Below are positions 12,726 to 25,620 of a stretch of DNA of 64,000 nt, piece after piece. Both the position numbers and the translations under genes were made by a program. The notes below the pieces were generated by a model. The model did no database searches and was not told the DNA's origin. It worked only from the letters and a program-made list of their open reading frames with translations. The stretch is from assembly GCA_030141605.1 (NCBI GenBank), contig JAQGDQ010000300.1, forward strand, positions 1-64,000, read 5' to 3'. Every line of letters begins with the position of its first letter. Positions within the stretch are counted from its first letter, which is position 1. The stretch comes from Tubiluchus corallicola (Eukaryota > Animalia > Priapulida).

Positions 12726-13624
12726 TTAAATCCTTTTTCACTACAGTTGTTTAACAGTTAACTATATATCCTACACTTTCTAAAAAAAGAAATTATAGCA
12801 TTTGTTTGCAATTTATTTCATGCTCTCCTCTGAACCACGTCTTCGCCAAAGCTTGATGAAGTTTTTAGCATACAAATTTTCCGGGGATCAATGAAATCGC
12901 CCGCCCATAAATTCTTCAGAACCGAGATAATGATGTGAAATAATGATATGAGCGAGATTATCATTTATTTCGCCAAAGCACGGTATTTCCATAATAAACA
13001 TAACTACGTGCAAGAGTGGTCTCGCTCTGTTGTTTCTCATAACAGTTGGCTGAAGAAGGATAATATTTTACGGTAATGATGTGAAATGTTTTCTGCGTGT
13101 TATCAGCAAGTTCGGCTTAATGACGCCCTATTATTAGCGACCAATTATTGAATTTTTCAAACACTTCTTGGTTTGTCATTGTTTAGGTCAAAACAATGGG
13201 CACTTGTCAATATCACACTGGTCTAATCAAAGTGATCATAATCGTTGCATGAGATAAAAAACGTTTCCTTATGACTAGACAGTGATTAATGTTATCATAC
13301 TAGAACTTAAATGCAAACACATACTAACAGATACTGTGATAACACTTTGCCTCTTTCTGACAAAAAATTGTGAAAGAATACTTTGGGAGAAACTAACGGT
13401 GGATAGTACGTGAACCCGTGATTTTCTGTACCTTCGAAAACTGAAGACTAAAATCTTAAGGCGAGATTGTAATAACAGACCTTAATACTTTTGACTGTTT
13501 TGTCCACAGTGTCTTATTAGAAAATTGGAAATAGTTATGTTTTCACAAAACTTACCGATGCTTTACAAAAATTACTTTTTCAATCGCTGCTAAAGTACAA
13601 AATTATAGTTTTCCTGCTTAATGA

Positions 13625-13745
13625 GGGGTCTCTCATGGGGCCATTCTAGGACCCCTTTTATTTAATGTGTACATAAAAGATGTAATTCTCAAGTTAGACA
13701 ATGCTGCACGCTCGCTCTTTACCCTGACAATACTTCACTTTTGAG
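13625..13745 (+). mobile_element. LINE (CR1/L2-group) reverse transcriptase remnant
   Basis: Translates GVSHGAILGPLLFNVYIKDV... then, after a frameshift, LYPDNTSL: decayed GVPQGSILGPLLF...YADDT motifs. Confidence 0.75.
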
Positions 13746-15863
13746 AAATAAAAGTGGTGATGCTACGTAGCTTAAACTTTATAGCCTGACTGAGTTGTTT
13801 GCATTTTACTTTTTTAATTGTCCACAAAATTTAACTTCCCTTTGCCGCTAGTTTGCCACTGGACTTGGCTGAACAAGTATAAACGCGAAAGCCAGTGCTT
13901 CACGCTTTCAACTCTCTAGCGTCACATTTCAATGAATGGTGATAACAAATTTGCGCCATTAATTGAACTGTGCCCACTTGTATTGGCCATGATGGGTGAC
14001 TATAATAGCTAGTATGTCAGCGACCTTATTTTTCCATTCTCCAGCAATATCTCCGCAGGTTCCGTAATATGAAAATGCTTCTGTAATAATGTCATCGACG
14101 ACTTATTATCATGTTGTTAACTGACAGCCAAATCACGGCCTGTTGGAGAAAAACATTCAAATTGACTTGTGATGTGATTTTCTCTGACTTTGCTACTGCC
14201 CCATTTGATTGCACTTATCCCTACTATAGAGTAAATGACTGAACTGATGACGCACGGGATTCCGAAGTCATTTACCGTCTACTTAGGTCAAGAGCATCTC
14301 GTCCAAACTGGTATTTACATACACTCGAAACGGACAGGTTTCGTTTAGTACTGCGTGTTAGCAATCGTCAGATTTTTCTTTCAGGGTTGTACTTTTAAAA
14401 CATCATGCATAATGTGTGCAATTTGCTCAGCAGTTGATAAAGCTAAGTCTTGTTAAGTATGTAAGCATACATGGCGCTACAGGCTCGACTGTTTGCTTAA
14501 ACGGGCACTCGTAAATGCGTGACGTCTTCTATAATGTATATGACCTAATGGCACGTAATACAAGAATTGTTGATACTAGCCTGATTCGTTCGCCTGGCAA
14601 TAACTTATAAAAGAATATTTGTGTTAACTAATGAAAAATGAAATATGAATGTATTTAAACTTAGTGATAGGAAGGCAGATTTTGACCAACCCTCTAATGT
14701 TAGCAATGGGTATCGTTGAGAAGCCCAGTAATGCAAATATACCGGTGTAAAACAGAATGCCTGTAGTAATTTGATGCTTCCAATCTGACCTTTCTGTCTG
14801 TAAAGGTGAATGCTGTAGGTTTGCTATTTTTTTACGAAAGTCCATTCACATGTATTTCTTTTTGAAGATATGGAGCTACTCCTTACTCATTAACATTTAC
14901 TTTACACTCGATTCACTGAATCAAGATAGGTAAGGCCAGTACGACAAAAAAAATAGTGAGCGAGTTTTTCGGACGCCCATCGCTTTTGTGCTGACTCAGC
15001 GTTGTTTCACTTCGATCGTTAAGCATCCAGAGTGACCACCTAACTGTAACTGTTATAATTATTTTAAGCAAGTGAAAAAATTCTTGATACTCTAGAGTTG
15101 ATCTCAGGGCTGAAATTTAAATAACTTAGTCGCCCAGAAGTCAGAAAACTTGTATTTAGTTTTCTGACTTAAAACGCAAGAATTTCAAAGTTTGCCACAT
15201 CTAGTAATTACATAATACTTCCGGTAAAATACGGTACGTTATGCTGAACGGAGAAGTACGGAGGTATGGTGTTAATATTCATACATGAGTAATTAAGTTA
15301 ATTAGTAAATGTTCTGGGTTGTTATTAGTTAATAAGTAAAGTTCTCAAAATCACCAGTGAATTCTGGAAAAGTGGAATTTCATTTAAATGTGAAATTCAA
15401 AATAAAGAATTTATAGTGCGTTACTAGAAATGGGAACTTAACAAAACAATTTTTGGTATACTTTGATGTAGTATACAAGTGCGACGGAGAAATCAATAAA
15501 ATAGCTTAAATTTGAAGTTAAATTTAGTGAAATATTTTTACTTCCCATTTTTCTTACTACGTAATTATTATTCATTGTAGTTTTAAAACTTATTTTTGCC
15601 ACCTATGTGACATTTACAGCATTTTTTGCTTTCTGACTACTACTTTGCAGGATTTTTTAGCGTTTTTACCTTTTTCTGTTGTAAAAGTATATCAAGTAGT
15701 GCCGTACTGAGCTTGACTTTGAATTAAAGTGCTACCTTTAACTGATGTTACATATTTGGAGTGCAATTATTATTAACTATCTGCAAACTAGTTCTGTTTT
15801 TTCTTATTACTGTCCTTTCACCTGTGATTATACAAAAGTAATTGCTCTGCATTGTCATTGCAG

Positions 15864-15976
15864 GTAAAAATGGGTATATGGGAGCTCGGTATCACCGCAT
15901 GTGATACGTACATTGCCGTAGATGTAACAGCAAGTACAGCGTCTATATTCAACCTAGCAGCAATCAGTGTAGACAG
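15864..15976 (+). CDS. DRD2: D2-like dopamine receptor, coding exon 2 (ECL1-TM3)
   Basis: TTGCAG acceptor; VKMGIWELGITACDTYIAVDVTASTASIFNLAAISVD-R with the amine-binding Asp3.32; GTAAT donor, phase 2. Absent from the ORF track. Confidence 0.92.
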
Positions 15977-16056
15977 GTAATATGCTACCTGACATCTGTG
16001 AACATACATTGTAATGTTTGCAAGAAAAACCATTCATTTTACATTAGTACGTTGCT

Positions 16057-16520
<464 letters not shown>

Positions 16521-16761
16521 CTTTTCTTGATTAACTTTAGCTTTATTTATGTTCTTGGTATTACTGCAATTGTTCATTGTCCTACTACTGCCTTTCCTTT
16601 TGCTTTTTTCTTGCTCTTGCTGCTGCTTCTGCTACTACTCCTGCTTTTGCTAGTTGCCTCTACTGCTGCAAATTGCAAATGATGTTGCTGATGCTGTTGC
16701 CGTTACAGATGTTGTGAAACTGATATTTTTAAACACTTTCTTATACTTTTATATTTTTCAG

Positions 16762-17702
16762 ATTTATAGCCGTAACTCAGCCAATTAAGTACGCAAAGCA
16801 CAGTCAATCTAAACGTGTTCCATTTACCATTATCCTCGTGTGGGGTATTTCTGCTGCTATAGGCATACCCATAGCTAGTGGATTGAACAAAGTTGACGGT
16901 CGCAATGAACAGCTTTGTGTTCTTTATAATTCTGATTTTATTATTTACTCGTCTATCAGCTCATTTTACATTCCCTGTATAATAATGGTGATTTTATACT
17001 ACAAAATATTTAAAGTTATTAGAGAAAGGGCCAGAAAGGCAGCAGAACAGTCTAAAATGACAAGCATGGCGGGACATCGTAGTGCTGGGACCATTGAAAA
17101 CACTGCTGTGGCAACACCCCTGCCAGACACCACTACCCCTGATGGCAGGTTTACAGAACTTACCAGACTACCCTCGAATCGTAGTGATGAAGACGGCACC
17201 AACAGAGGTAGCGGAAGTCAAGAGGAGGAAGAGGAGGGTAGCGGAGAAGCCAGCCAGCAGAGTGGTTCTGCAAAAGAGGAAGTGGCGCCCGAGGTGACGC
17301 CAACCGACATAGTGATAGCTAATGTGAAATCGTTGAATACTATTGAACAACAAAGCCCTCAGAGTGAGGATGGTCACCCGCCCATTAATTCAGACTCGGG
17401 TTATTGTGCACCGCTAAGTGTGGAAGTGGAAACCAGGTTTACGAACACGTCCACGACGCACAGTTCACCCAAGAGAGTGTACCAAGTTACGCAACCTAAA
17501 ACTCAGTTCGCTGCTCATGCTGTTGTGAAAAACAATGGAACGACCAGCAAGGTCGAGCATAGGAAAGTGATCCCTATTCCCAGAAACGTGACCAAATTTA
17601 GTTTTGGAAAAGCCGCTAGGCGGCAGGGCAGTCGAAAGCGGAAGGACAAACTAGCGGCGAAGAAAGAGAAGAAGGCAACTAAAACTTTAGCCATTGTTTT
17701 AG
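16762..17702 (+). CDS. DRD2: D2-like dopamine receptor, coding exon 3 (ICL2, TM4, TM5, long ICL3, start of TM6)
   Basis: TTTCAG acceptor; FIAVTQPIKYAKH, TM5 'FIIYSSISSFYIPCIIMVILY' with the catechol-binding serines, 'KEKKATKTLAIVL-G'; GTAAT donor, phase 1. Confidence 0.93.
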
Positions 17703-18386
17703 GTAATAACTATACATATATATATATATATATGTGTTTATTGACTGATTACGAGATAGTCGAACATGATACTTTAGTTCAGTCCACAGATCACTACAAA
17801 AAAGGACTTTTGATCATATAACATGATCGTTGCTGTCAAAACATAACTGAAGAATTATTTACAACTTCTCACTACACGCTTATTATCGTCTAACATGATC
17901 ATTACTGTCCAAAAATCGCTAAACAGTTATTTACTAATTCACAATATGACTTTGGGTTTCCATAGAAAAATTCATGCAAATCGTTGAAGCTCAGTTCAGT
18001 GTTATCTTCACGAAGGTGATTAGTAAGTGGACAAAAACAGATAAAAACTACATACCTGCAATACTGAAGTATCGTTAATCACCTACAGTGATGTTGATAT
18101 TGGTGTTGATTGTTTACTTGCCCCTTTCTTTGTGCAACGTTCCTTCTTATCTGGGTGTTTTAGGTAGAACAGCGTCAAAGTTACAATAGTAAGATTTAAA
18201 AGGGAAGAAAAGGGAATTTTAAAGTATATTGCAAAGAACTTTCCATACAAATTAATATTAGTTAGCATCACTCTTATCTGTTTGAGCCTGTATTACAATG
18301 ATAATTACATTTATGTAATTGGAAAAGAAAATTCTTGAGAATTTAAAATGTACTCAGCACCTTGTAAAATGGCACTGTATCGCGAT

Positions 18387-18537
18387 CCCAGTGTGCACCA
18401 CTGATTTACTAAAAAAACGTACTTTCAATCTTATTGGCAATATAAAGTAATTTAAACTTTTGCTTAGTTAGTGAAGTGTGTGCGTCGAATGCTCAGATTA
18501 TTTTTTCAAACTTTCCACAATGTTATCTAAACTTGTT
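18387..18537 (+). repeat. Dispersed repeat; second copy at ~21924-22083
   Basis: CCCAGT..GCACCACTG...ATAAAGTAATTTAAACTTTT..TTAGTTAGTGAA...AATGCTCA...ATGTTAT.TAAACTTG shared by both. Confidence 0.75.
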
Positions 18538-19943
18538 TCAAACAACATACCGTTAAAATGACTGCACCTAACGGTCGTCGCGGAAGTTTAAATTTACAAG
18601 TTTTATACATCGTTACTGCCGACGCAAGCTCTGAATGCAATAATTCCAGCACGTAAGTTATATAAAATTTCAAGGCGAATTTTTAAGCTTCACTTACGAA
18701 GTGTTTTTTTCTGCTTTAAGATTTAAGGATTTATTGGCATGCAAAAAACATAACAATACAGGATCACAATCATAATAGCATCTGATGAGATGTATTGATA
18801 GCCATAACAAAGTTACAAATAAGCATGAACTTTAATTCACTAAAGCTGCTGCTGCTGGCTTTGTGTTAGATAAACAAACGAGGATTATGTAGGATGTTCG
18901 CGTATTTTTGATTATGCGTGTATTTATACGCAAAATTTTTTGCGGGGCCTCTGCTAGTAAGTATATTAAATAACAACTACCACATTACAGTAACTACTGA
19001 GATACATTACAAATTTTAAAATAGGTTTAAAACTTAAGCCTTTTCTAAATAATTACTATTGTTTATAGATACTATAGCTGACATTCTAAAATATATAATT
19101 ATAAATTTACTGTTTTGTGTCAAATATAATAGGTATGTGTACTTTAATTTAAGTTTCTATCGTTAAAGCACTCAAATACAAACTTACAAAGAAAAGCTAC
19201 AATTTCGATATCACTAGTTCCTAGAGGAAATATTAATTTGTTTTCGGTTGACATATTAGAGAAGGTGGGCACAAGTCATTAATTTTGTTGAAAAAACCGG
19301 ATCGTAGCTGGTTATGTTTTGTAAAACTCGATACGCTTAGTCTTCAATTTCATCTTTGTAGTGTTGACAAAATAGTATTAGCATGAAGAATTGCAAGCTC
19401 TACTAAGATTGTTTTTCTCATCAGTTCTAACTACAAATATCTCACATTTCAAAAACGGATTAAGCAACCTGAGAATCCGTAACGTGCGGAAAATAAATAT
19501 TTGAAAATCGAAATACTTAGATGACATCTAAAAAAACGCTAATTAAATCGTTTTCGAGAAAATCTATGTTTATATGGCGTAAATGTACCAGCCATATTGT
19601 TTTCTGAAAAGAAATCAAGTTTCTCTTGCTGTAAACTATTTTGACAAATAACTCACTTTAAGATTAATTCACAATTTTATTTTAAAGTGTGTATTAAAAT
19701 TCACGTAAAACTATATAAAACATGCATAAGGCTAGACATTAAAATACAATATTAAAATTAATGAAATAACAATAAAAAGAGATTGAAATAGAAACAATAA
19801 CGATTACATCAATGGTAGGCGTAGTTTTGTAAAAAAAAGCTAGCATGTCACAATTTCATTGTGTAACCGAACTACAATTTTTTATACTCAAGCCTACACG
19901 TTTGCTTTAAATTAATTTTACAAATTTGAATTTCTTGTTTCAG

Positions 19944-20170
19944 GTGTGTTTCTTCTCTGTTGGGTTCCTTTCTTCACGTGTAACATAATGAACGCGATCT
20001 GTCTTAAATTTCTTTACGATTGGCAGCCGCCAGTGTTTGCCTTCACATTCACCACGTGGATTGGCTACATCAACAGTCTTTTCAATCCAATCATCTACAC
20101 CATCTTCAACATCGAGTTCCGTCGATCTTTCCAGAAGATTCTCGCTTCTTCGTGTGGCAGGCATCCTTGA
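19944..20170 (+). CDS. DRD2: D2-like dopamine receptor, coding exon 4 (TM6, TM7, short C-tail)
   Basis: TTTCAG acceptor; VFLLCWVPFFTCN, WIGYINSLFNPIIYTIFNIEFRRSFQKIL (NPxxY); stop TGA at 20168-20170. Confidence 0.93.
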
Positions 20171-21923
20171 TTCATGCTGTATTGCTGTGTAAAGTAATTT
20201 GGCGGTTGCGTATTGTGTGTTAACCGGTGCAAAAATACAAAACATGAGTTACGTTTTAGCTTAAAGCCGTTCAGTTGGTTAAATCTACGATTTCCCATAT
20301 TACTTGCTCAATAACCAGACTTTATAGAGTAATAAAATAACTTTATCCTAAACTTATTAGATTAGGTTCACGCATAGCTTGATGGCACAGCCTGCTCAGA
20401 GGGTGAAGGTACTGTAGCCGTAAACGTAAACTTGCTTTGGATAAGTTATGATGGAGAGTGTTGCATTGTTATTGCTCAATGGTCACAGTATCTTTTGATG
20501 ATTAAATGTTAACCAAGATATTTCAAATTTCAAACCTCCGTGTACGAAATTTTGCAAAATATGCTGTTGTAATGTGAATTCACTTGCTCATTTGTAGCTA
20601 AAAAAATTACCAAATTTTTAAGGAAGGTAATTTTTTGAACGAACACTGTCACAGCAATCTTGATGATATTTCAGTTGCATAATGTAACGCTGGTTTGCAT
20701 AATGTTACGTAGTTTATTGCAGTATAGGAACTTACGCAATTTTTAGTGGTTGTTGACCGGCGTAATGAGGCCTACCTTGCCTTTTTTTGCACTATCATTT
20801 ACTTTCTCTTCATGGATTGGTTGGCTTCTCGCATTCAGTGTGCTCAATAAATTTGCAACTACACCTAGGCGCCATCTACCGTACATTAAAGAAAAATATG
20901 GGAAATGTTATGTGAAAGATAACAATTAATGACGTTCTCAATCAAACAGAGCACTGGTTTTAAGTTTTAAGTTTTTAAGGCTATATAAAGCTATATTAAT
21001 TCGCCAAGAATAGATTTTCCAAGCTACTGGGGTAAAACGGACTGCAGAAATCTATTGGTTTTGGGGGGTAAATTCTATTGGTCTATAAGCTTAATTAGTT
21101 GCAGGTGCCTGTAATTTTTGAGCTTTGCACCATTAAGTCTATAAAGCGAAAGACTAACTCTCAATTGTTATTACTGACGCATTTTATACAGCAAACTTTA
21201 TTGTTGTGATTAACAATGTTTCAAATTCTAATATACGCCTTGACGCTTTAAATAACCCTGCTTCTACTTAATTTATTTTTTAGCACTAACTCACCTAGCA
21301 CTTATTGAGCACTTATTGACTTGCCAATTTATTTATTTCTGTATAACAGAGATGAAATTATGCACAAGTTCCAAAAGTTTGTTAAACGAAAAGCGTAGAA
21401 TGCAAAAACTTGCAGGTTTTTCATTCATATATTTATAGCAAACCTGAATGATGGTAGTTTTTAAAAAAATTCTTTGCAAAAGTGCAAGAAAGTAGTTAAC
21501 GTTCATATTGTTATTAATGATGTTGCGAAGCATTTTCCAATGTTTACACATATTTTCATTATAATTATGTTGGATTGTATATGTTCTCATGATGAATTGT
21601 TGTTGTGAGGTACATTATAGTGATTTAAATATGTAATAAAGCTTTTTTTACAAAAACACAATGGAAATTCTTTTTAAATAGATTATCTGGTAACTAGTAA
21701 TTTAACCGACTATGATGAAACGTAGACCAGTAGACCAGCTAAAAACTTAACTGTTAAACAAGAAGAAAAGAAATTTTAAAGCATGTCCCAAAAAACGTTC
21801 CGCACAACGATATAATACTTAATATTACACTTCCCTGCTTGAAAGTGTTATGTAACTAGAAAAGAAAATTCATGGTGATTTAAAATATTCCTGCCAACTG
21901 GTAAAATGTCACAGACTCACCTT

Positions 21924-22083
21924 CCCAGTCCGCACCACTGGCTCACCAAAAGCGTATTTTTAATCTAATTGACCCGATAAAGTAATTTAAACTTTTAGTT
22001 AGTTAGTGAAATATGTATTATGAAAATATGACTCAAATGCTCACATTGTATTTTCTAATTTTACGCCATGTTATTTAAACTTG
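21924..22083 (+). repeat. Dispersed repeat; copy of 18387-18537
   Basis: Alignment by eye as described for 18387. Confidence 0.75.
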
Positions 22084-22294
22084 CGCCAAGACACCGGCAA
22101 TTTCTTATCTGCCGCAAATAGTACTTTTTCGTCTACAGAATAGTGGATTCACGAAGTTCATTTCTTCGTGTTGCTGTTAAAACTAAAATAGTGCATTAAC
22201 AGCCATCATACCGGAAACTGAGAAGCCCGACTTATGCTTTTCCTGTAACTAATTGTCACCGAAACTACCAAGCGCGCCACCAGAGTAAATTTAA

Positions 22295-22378
22295 AGCAAA
22301 ACTGGACCCAATCTTAGACTTTAGGTCAAAACAATCTACTCTTTAAAATATTGAAAGGAAACATACATTTTTTCACAA
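22295..22378 (+). mobile_element. Kolobok-like element, isolated left end
   Basis: TTAA|AGCAAAACTGGACCCAATCTTAGACTTTAGGTCAAAACAATCTAC..., truncated after ~84 bp. Confidence 0.8.
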
Positions 22379-22389
22379 CTGTCTTATGT

Positions 22390-22610
22390 TATGCAGCAAC
22401 TGAAAAACAATAAATAACATGTAAAAATATGCAACATTATTTCATATATACCAACATTACCGCCATTGCATCTTTGTAGAATCAGCATAATATTACCGCC
22501 GTCAACACTGTTTAGGTTTTCCCAAATGAATGTATTTTCAATTGCAGATACGACTCCGTGTCAATAAAAACAATGAGAAGAGGCGTTTGCCATTTTTGGT
22601 AATAATTTAA
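22390..22610 (+). repeat. Duplicated LITAF intron/exon-junction fragment (source 27884-28108)
   Basis: TATGCAGCAAC(-)TGAAAAACAATAAATAAC...GGTAATAATTTAA is nearly identical to 27884-28108. Confidence 0.92.
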
Positions 22611-23172
22611 AGCACAACCGGATCCAATCTTAAACTGTAGGTCAAAACAATCTGTTCTTTAAAATATTGAAAGGAAGCATACTATTTTTTCACAAATGAC
22701 TTAAGTGAAAGAATTATTACCACACAAACACAATTTCGCGTTCGCGCCACTAGTTCTTCGCTGTTCGCCATTCGCTAATTAGACGGACACTAGCGCCTGC
22801 ATTTTGGAAACGCATTGCACAAAAACAGGTGCTGTACCTCTCAGTTCAGATGTGTTAGTTCCTGATGAACTACACACGTTCAAATGCTCATGCGTGAACA
22901 CAACGGTAAATTTGAAAATTGAAAATTAATCTTAAAACTTAGCTAGTTTTTGTAAAAGTGGCACTGTACGTCAATTTTCTCTTTCGCAAACACGTGCAAC
23001 ACGCTCGTGGAATATTTTTGCTGTTGAAAATTATGTTAGCTTGTGATGTCATCAATAGTTAATTAAGATTTTAATCTTTTATTTAATTATCAGAAATGCT
23101 TTTTTAGTATTAATTGTGTTAAAATCTGTACTTTTTATCGGAGTAGTATATGAAAAATCATCCTGTTTTCCT
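22611..23172 (+). mobile_element. Kolobok-like non-autonomous DNA transposon, copy B (both ends intact)
   Basis: TTAA|AGCACAACCGGATCC ... ATCATCCTGTTTTCCT|TTAA: imperfect ~13-bp TIR, AG...CT termini, TTAA on both sides. Confidence 0.85.
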
Positions 23173-24674
23173 TTAATAAACCATGTGTGTGAACAGGAGA
23201 ACCGCTATCTAAACTGCAGTCGAAACAGCTAAAGTAGTGAAACTTGTTAGTTTGTTTGATTTACGTATCTACATAGTAGGTAACGTATTAGATCAATTGG
23301 GCATAAAACCAACTTGAATAGAACACGAGAAACGCAATTAGATGTTTGGTGAAGTTTACCACAATCATACGCATACTCAATGAGGCAGAGCAGAAATACA
23401 ACAACCTCCTAGATGTCGCTCTTAGGAATGCTTCTAGGTGGAATATAGAAGGCTTCTATAGGCCTAGATTCTGCAGTTCATTTAAATAGTTTTATAAGTG
23501 CATTTTTACACAAAATAGCATAAGTCAAACAAATCAATCACGCCATCTTCACAAAACTCCAAGCCGTTTATATATTATATAGAAACTATGTAAACTTGCG
23601 AAGCAAAAGTCGTAGTAGACCTAAAGTGATGTAAACGTAAGAACGTATGTCAACAATATAGTTAGAGAAACGATTTGTTAAATTTTACCATAGTTGCTTA
23701 TATAGTGAAAATCACATAGCCAATTTCTATGCATATAATTATCGATTTCATGCATCTTCTATAATGGGTTACAATTTGTTATCTATTTGTAACGAGCACA
23801 AAACTTTTTACTCAAATGAAAATTTTGTTTCTAAAGTTTTTTCCTATACATTAGATGTAAGAAGTAATGCTAAGCACTAGCAAAGAACAAGTACGGACTG
23901 TAAATTTCTTTAAAGAAGTTATGGGCTCTAGAAACACACGTTCACCGTCTTGCAATTCACATTGTAATGCAGTCCATTAACCTTTGTTTGGCAGGAAAGT
24001 CAACAGTGCAAACAAACTACTTCAGATACATTTCCTCGAGTAGAACAACATCACAGTATAATTAAATTTACTGCTCCTTGTAGATTAGTGACAATTTGCA
24101 ATTCTCTTAGTAGCACTTCAAACACATTTTCTTTCATGTGAAAGCACCCTACTCTAACATTTTTAGCAATGGATGACACCCTACTCTAACATTTTTCCTA
24201 GTTTCGCTACAGAAATTTATTAAAATATTACTGGCATTTCTTGGAGTATGTAAATCACTATCGAGAACATGGTGGCGCCAGCTGTTGGGCGATTTAGTGC
24301 CTTTCCGTAAAGTAGTAGGATGGCATACTGTAAAATCAAATTTTAACGTTTTATAGTAATGAAATTATACAAATTATTTTAAAAGTAAAAGTACACCGTA
24401 ATAATGAAATAATTTGAAATACTATCACGATAACTGTGGACTGGCCTATCCAACTGGTTCATAAAGAAAAATGACATTTGACATTACTTGCTGCGTATTA
24501 CAAGAGTAGCTCGATTTGTGTCGTGAAACGTGCAGGCCTAAATTTATAGACGATTTTGTGGATACTGATTGGCAATTTACAAAATTCCACAAAGCATCAA
24601 CATTACGTAAGTCACATCACACCTTTCGGAAGTTTCTTAGCGTTGCCGATAGGGTGCGCAATGATCACGTCTTA

Positions 24675-24883
24675 AGCGGCGTTTATGTAGCATGCGGATG
24701 CCGATGCGAATGCGTTTTCCACTGCAGAACACATTGCAGAAGAGGCTGCGGGGAATAGCTGCACAAAAAGAACAACGCGTGTGCAGGCTGCATAAACGGG
24801 TGCAATGAAAACAATATAAACCGATTTTATCTGTTCCGCACCCCCAAAAAACAACCGAATCCGCATCCTACATAAACGCCACT
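24675..24883. mobile_element. PIF/Harbinger (Tourist-like) MITE, 209 bp
   Basis: TTA|AGCGGCGTTTATGTAGCATGCGGAT ... ATCCGCATCCTACATAAACGCCACT|TTA: ~25-bp TIR and a 3-bp TTA target-site duplication. Confidence 0.8.
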
Positions 24884-25230
24884 TTACAGAAGCACAGAAA
24901 TAACAAATACACAAAATGTTGATGATGTATCTTTTGCCGTGGCACAATTCGAGGTATTCTCCAAAATGAAATATCTTCCAGAGTTAGAGAAATTCTATGA
25001 AAACTCTTTTCATCCGTGAGAGAATTGAGTAATCTACCGACCCTTGATTTCTTTGATTGCATAATTTATTCGTGGAAAGTTTCAATCGTAATTATTTATT
25101 TATGTTATTACATTCACAAAAATCACTAATTTTTATAAAAGTCGTAGATCAACAGACCAAAAGCAATTATGCTGACTCAATCACGCGTTACCAGCGCTAA
25201 AACGTACCGGTGCACATAACATAAAAATTG

Positions 25231-25327
25231 TTGAACCATAAAAATAAGAACGTAGCAAATTCTTGAACCATAGAACATAAGAACGTAGCAAATTCTTGAA
25301 CCATAGAACATAAGAACGTAGCAAATT
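25231..25327 (+). repeat. Minisatellite, 3 x 32-33 bp
   Basis: TTGAACCATAGAACATAAGAACGTAGCAAATTC head-to-tail, no spacers. Confidence 0.95.
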
Positions 25328-25339
25328 GGTGAATTATCT

Positions 25340-25620
25340 TTCAATGAACCTCTGAACAAGGCTTAAATAAACCTTCTGCGTCTAATCTTCCTGCCATATT
25401 TCTATTATTTGACTTTGCAATATACATCTTTTTTGCTTGCGGTATTTGGCCATTTTATCTTCAGTAATGATCTGTATAAACGTCTTCGAATATCATCAAC
25501 CTCTACTTTATTATTTATTTTCAAGGTACACAAATATACAAAAACACGGGAGATAAGACCGATGAGTAAAACGCATCTCAGATCCCGGGTTAACTCATTC
25601 AATTAAAATCACACTAAATC
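25340..25620 (-). mobile_element. Decayed RTE-like LINE ORF2 fragment
   Basis: Minus-strand ORF contains IRRRLYRSLLKIKWPNTASKKDVYCKV, resembling the RTE 'RRxLRxILxIxWPxxISNxxLY' segment downstream of the RT domain. Confidence 0.6.

Noticed and set aside
19260-19410. Possible third RTEX-like zinc-knuckle remnant (FCQHYKDEIED*)
   Set aside because: Too degraded to call.
25231-25327. 33-bp repeats of CRISPR-like length
   Set aside because: Head-to-tail with no spacers, no cas genes, and a eukaryotic context.
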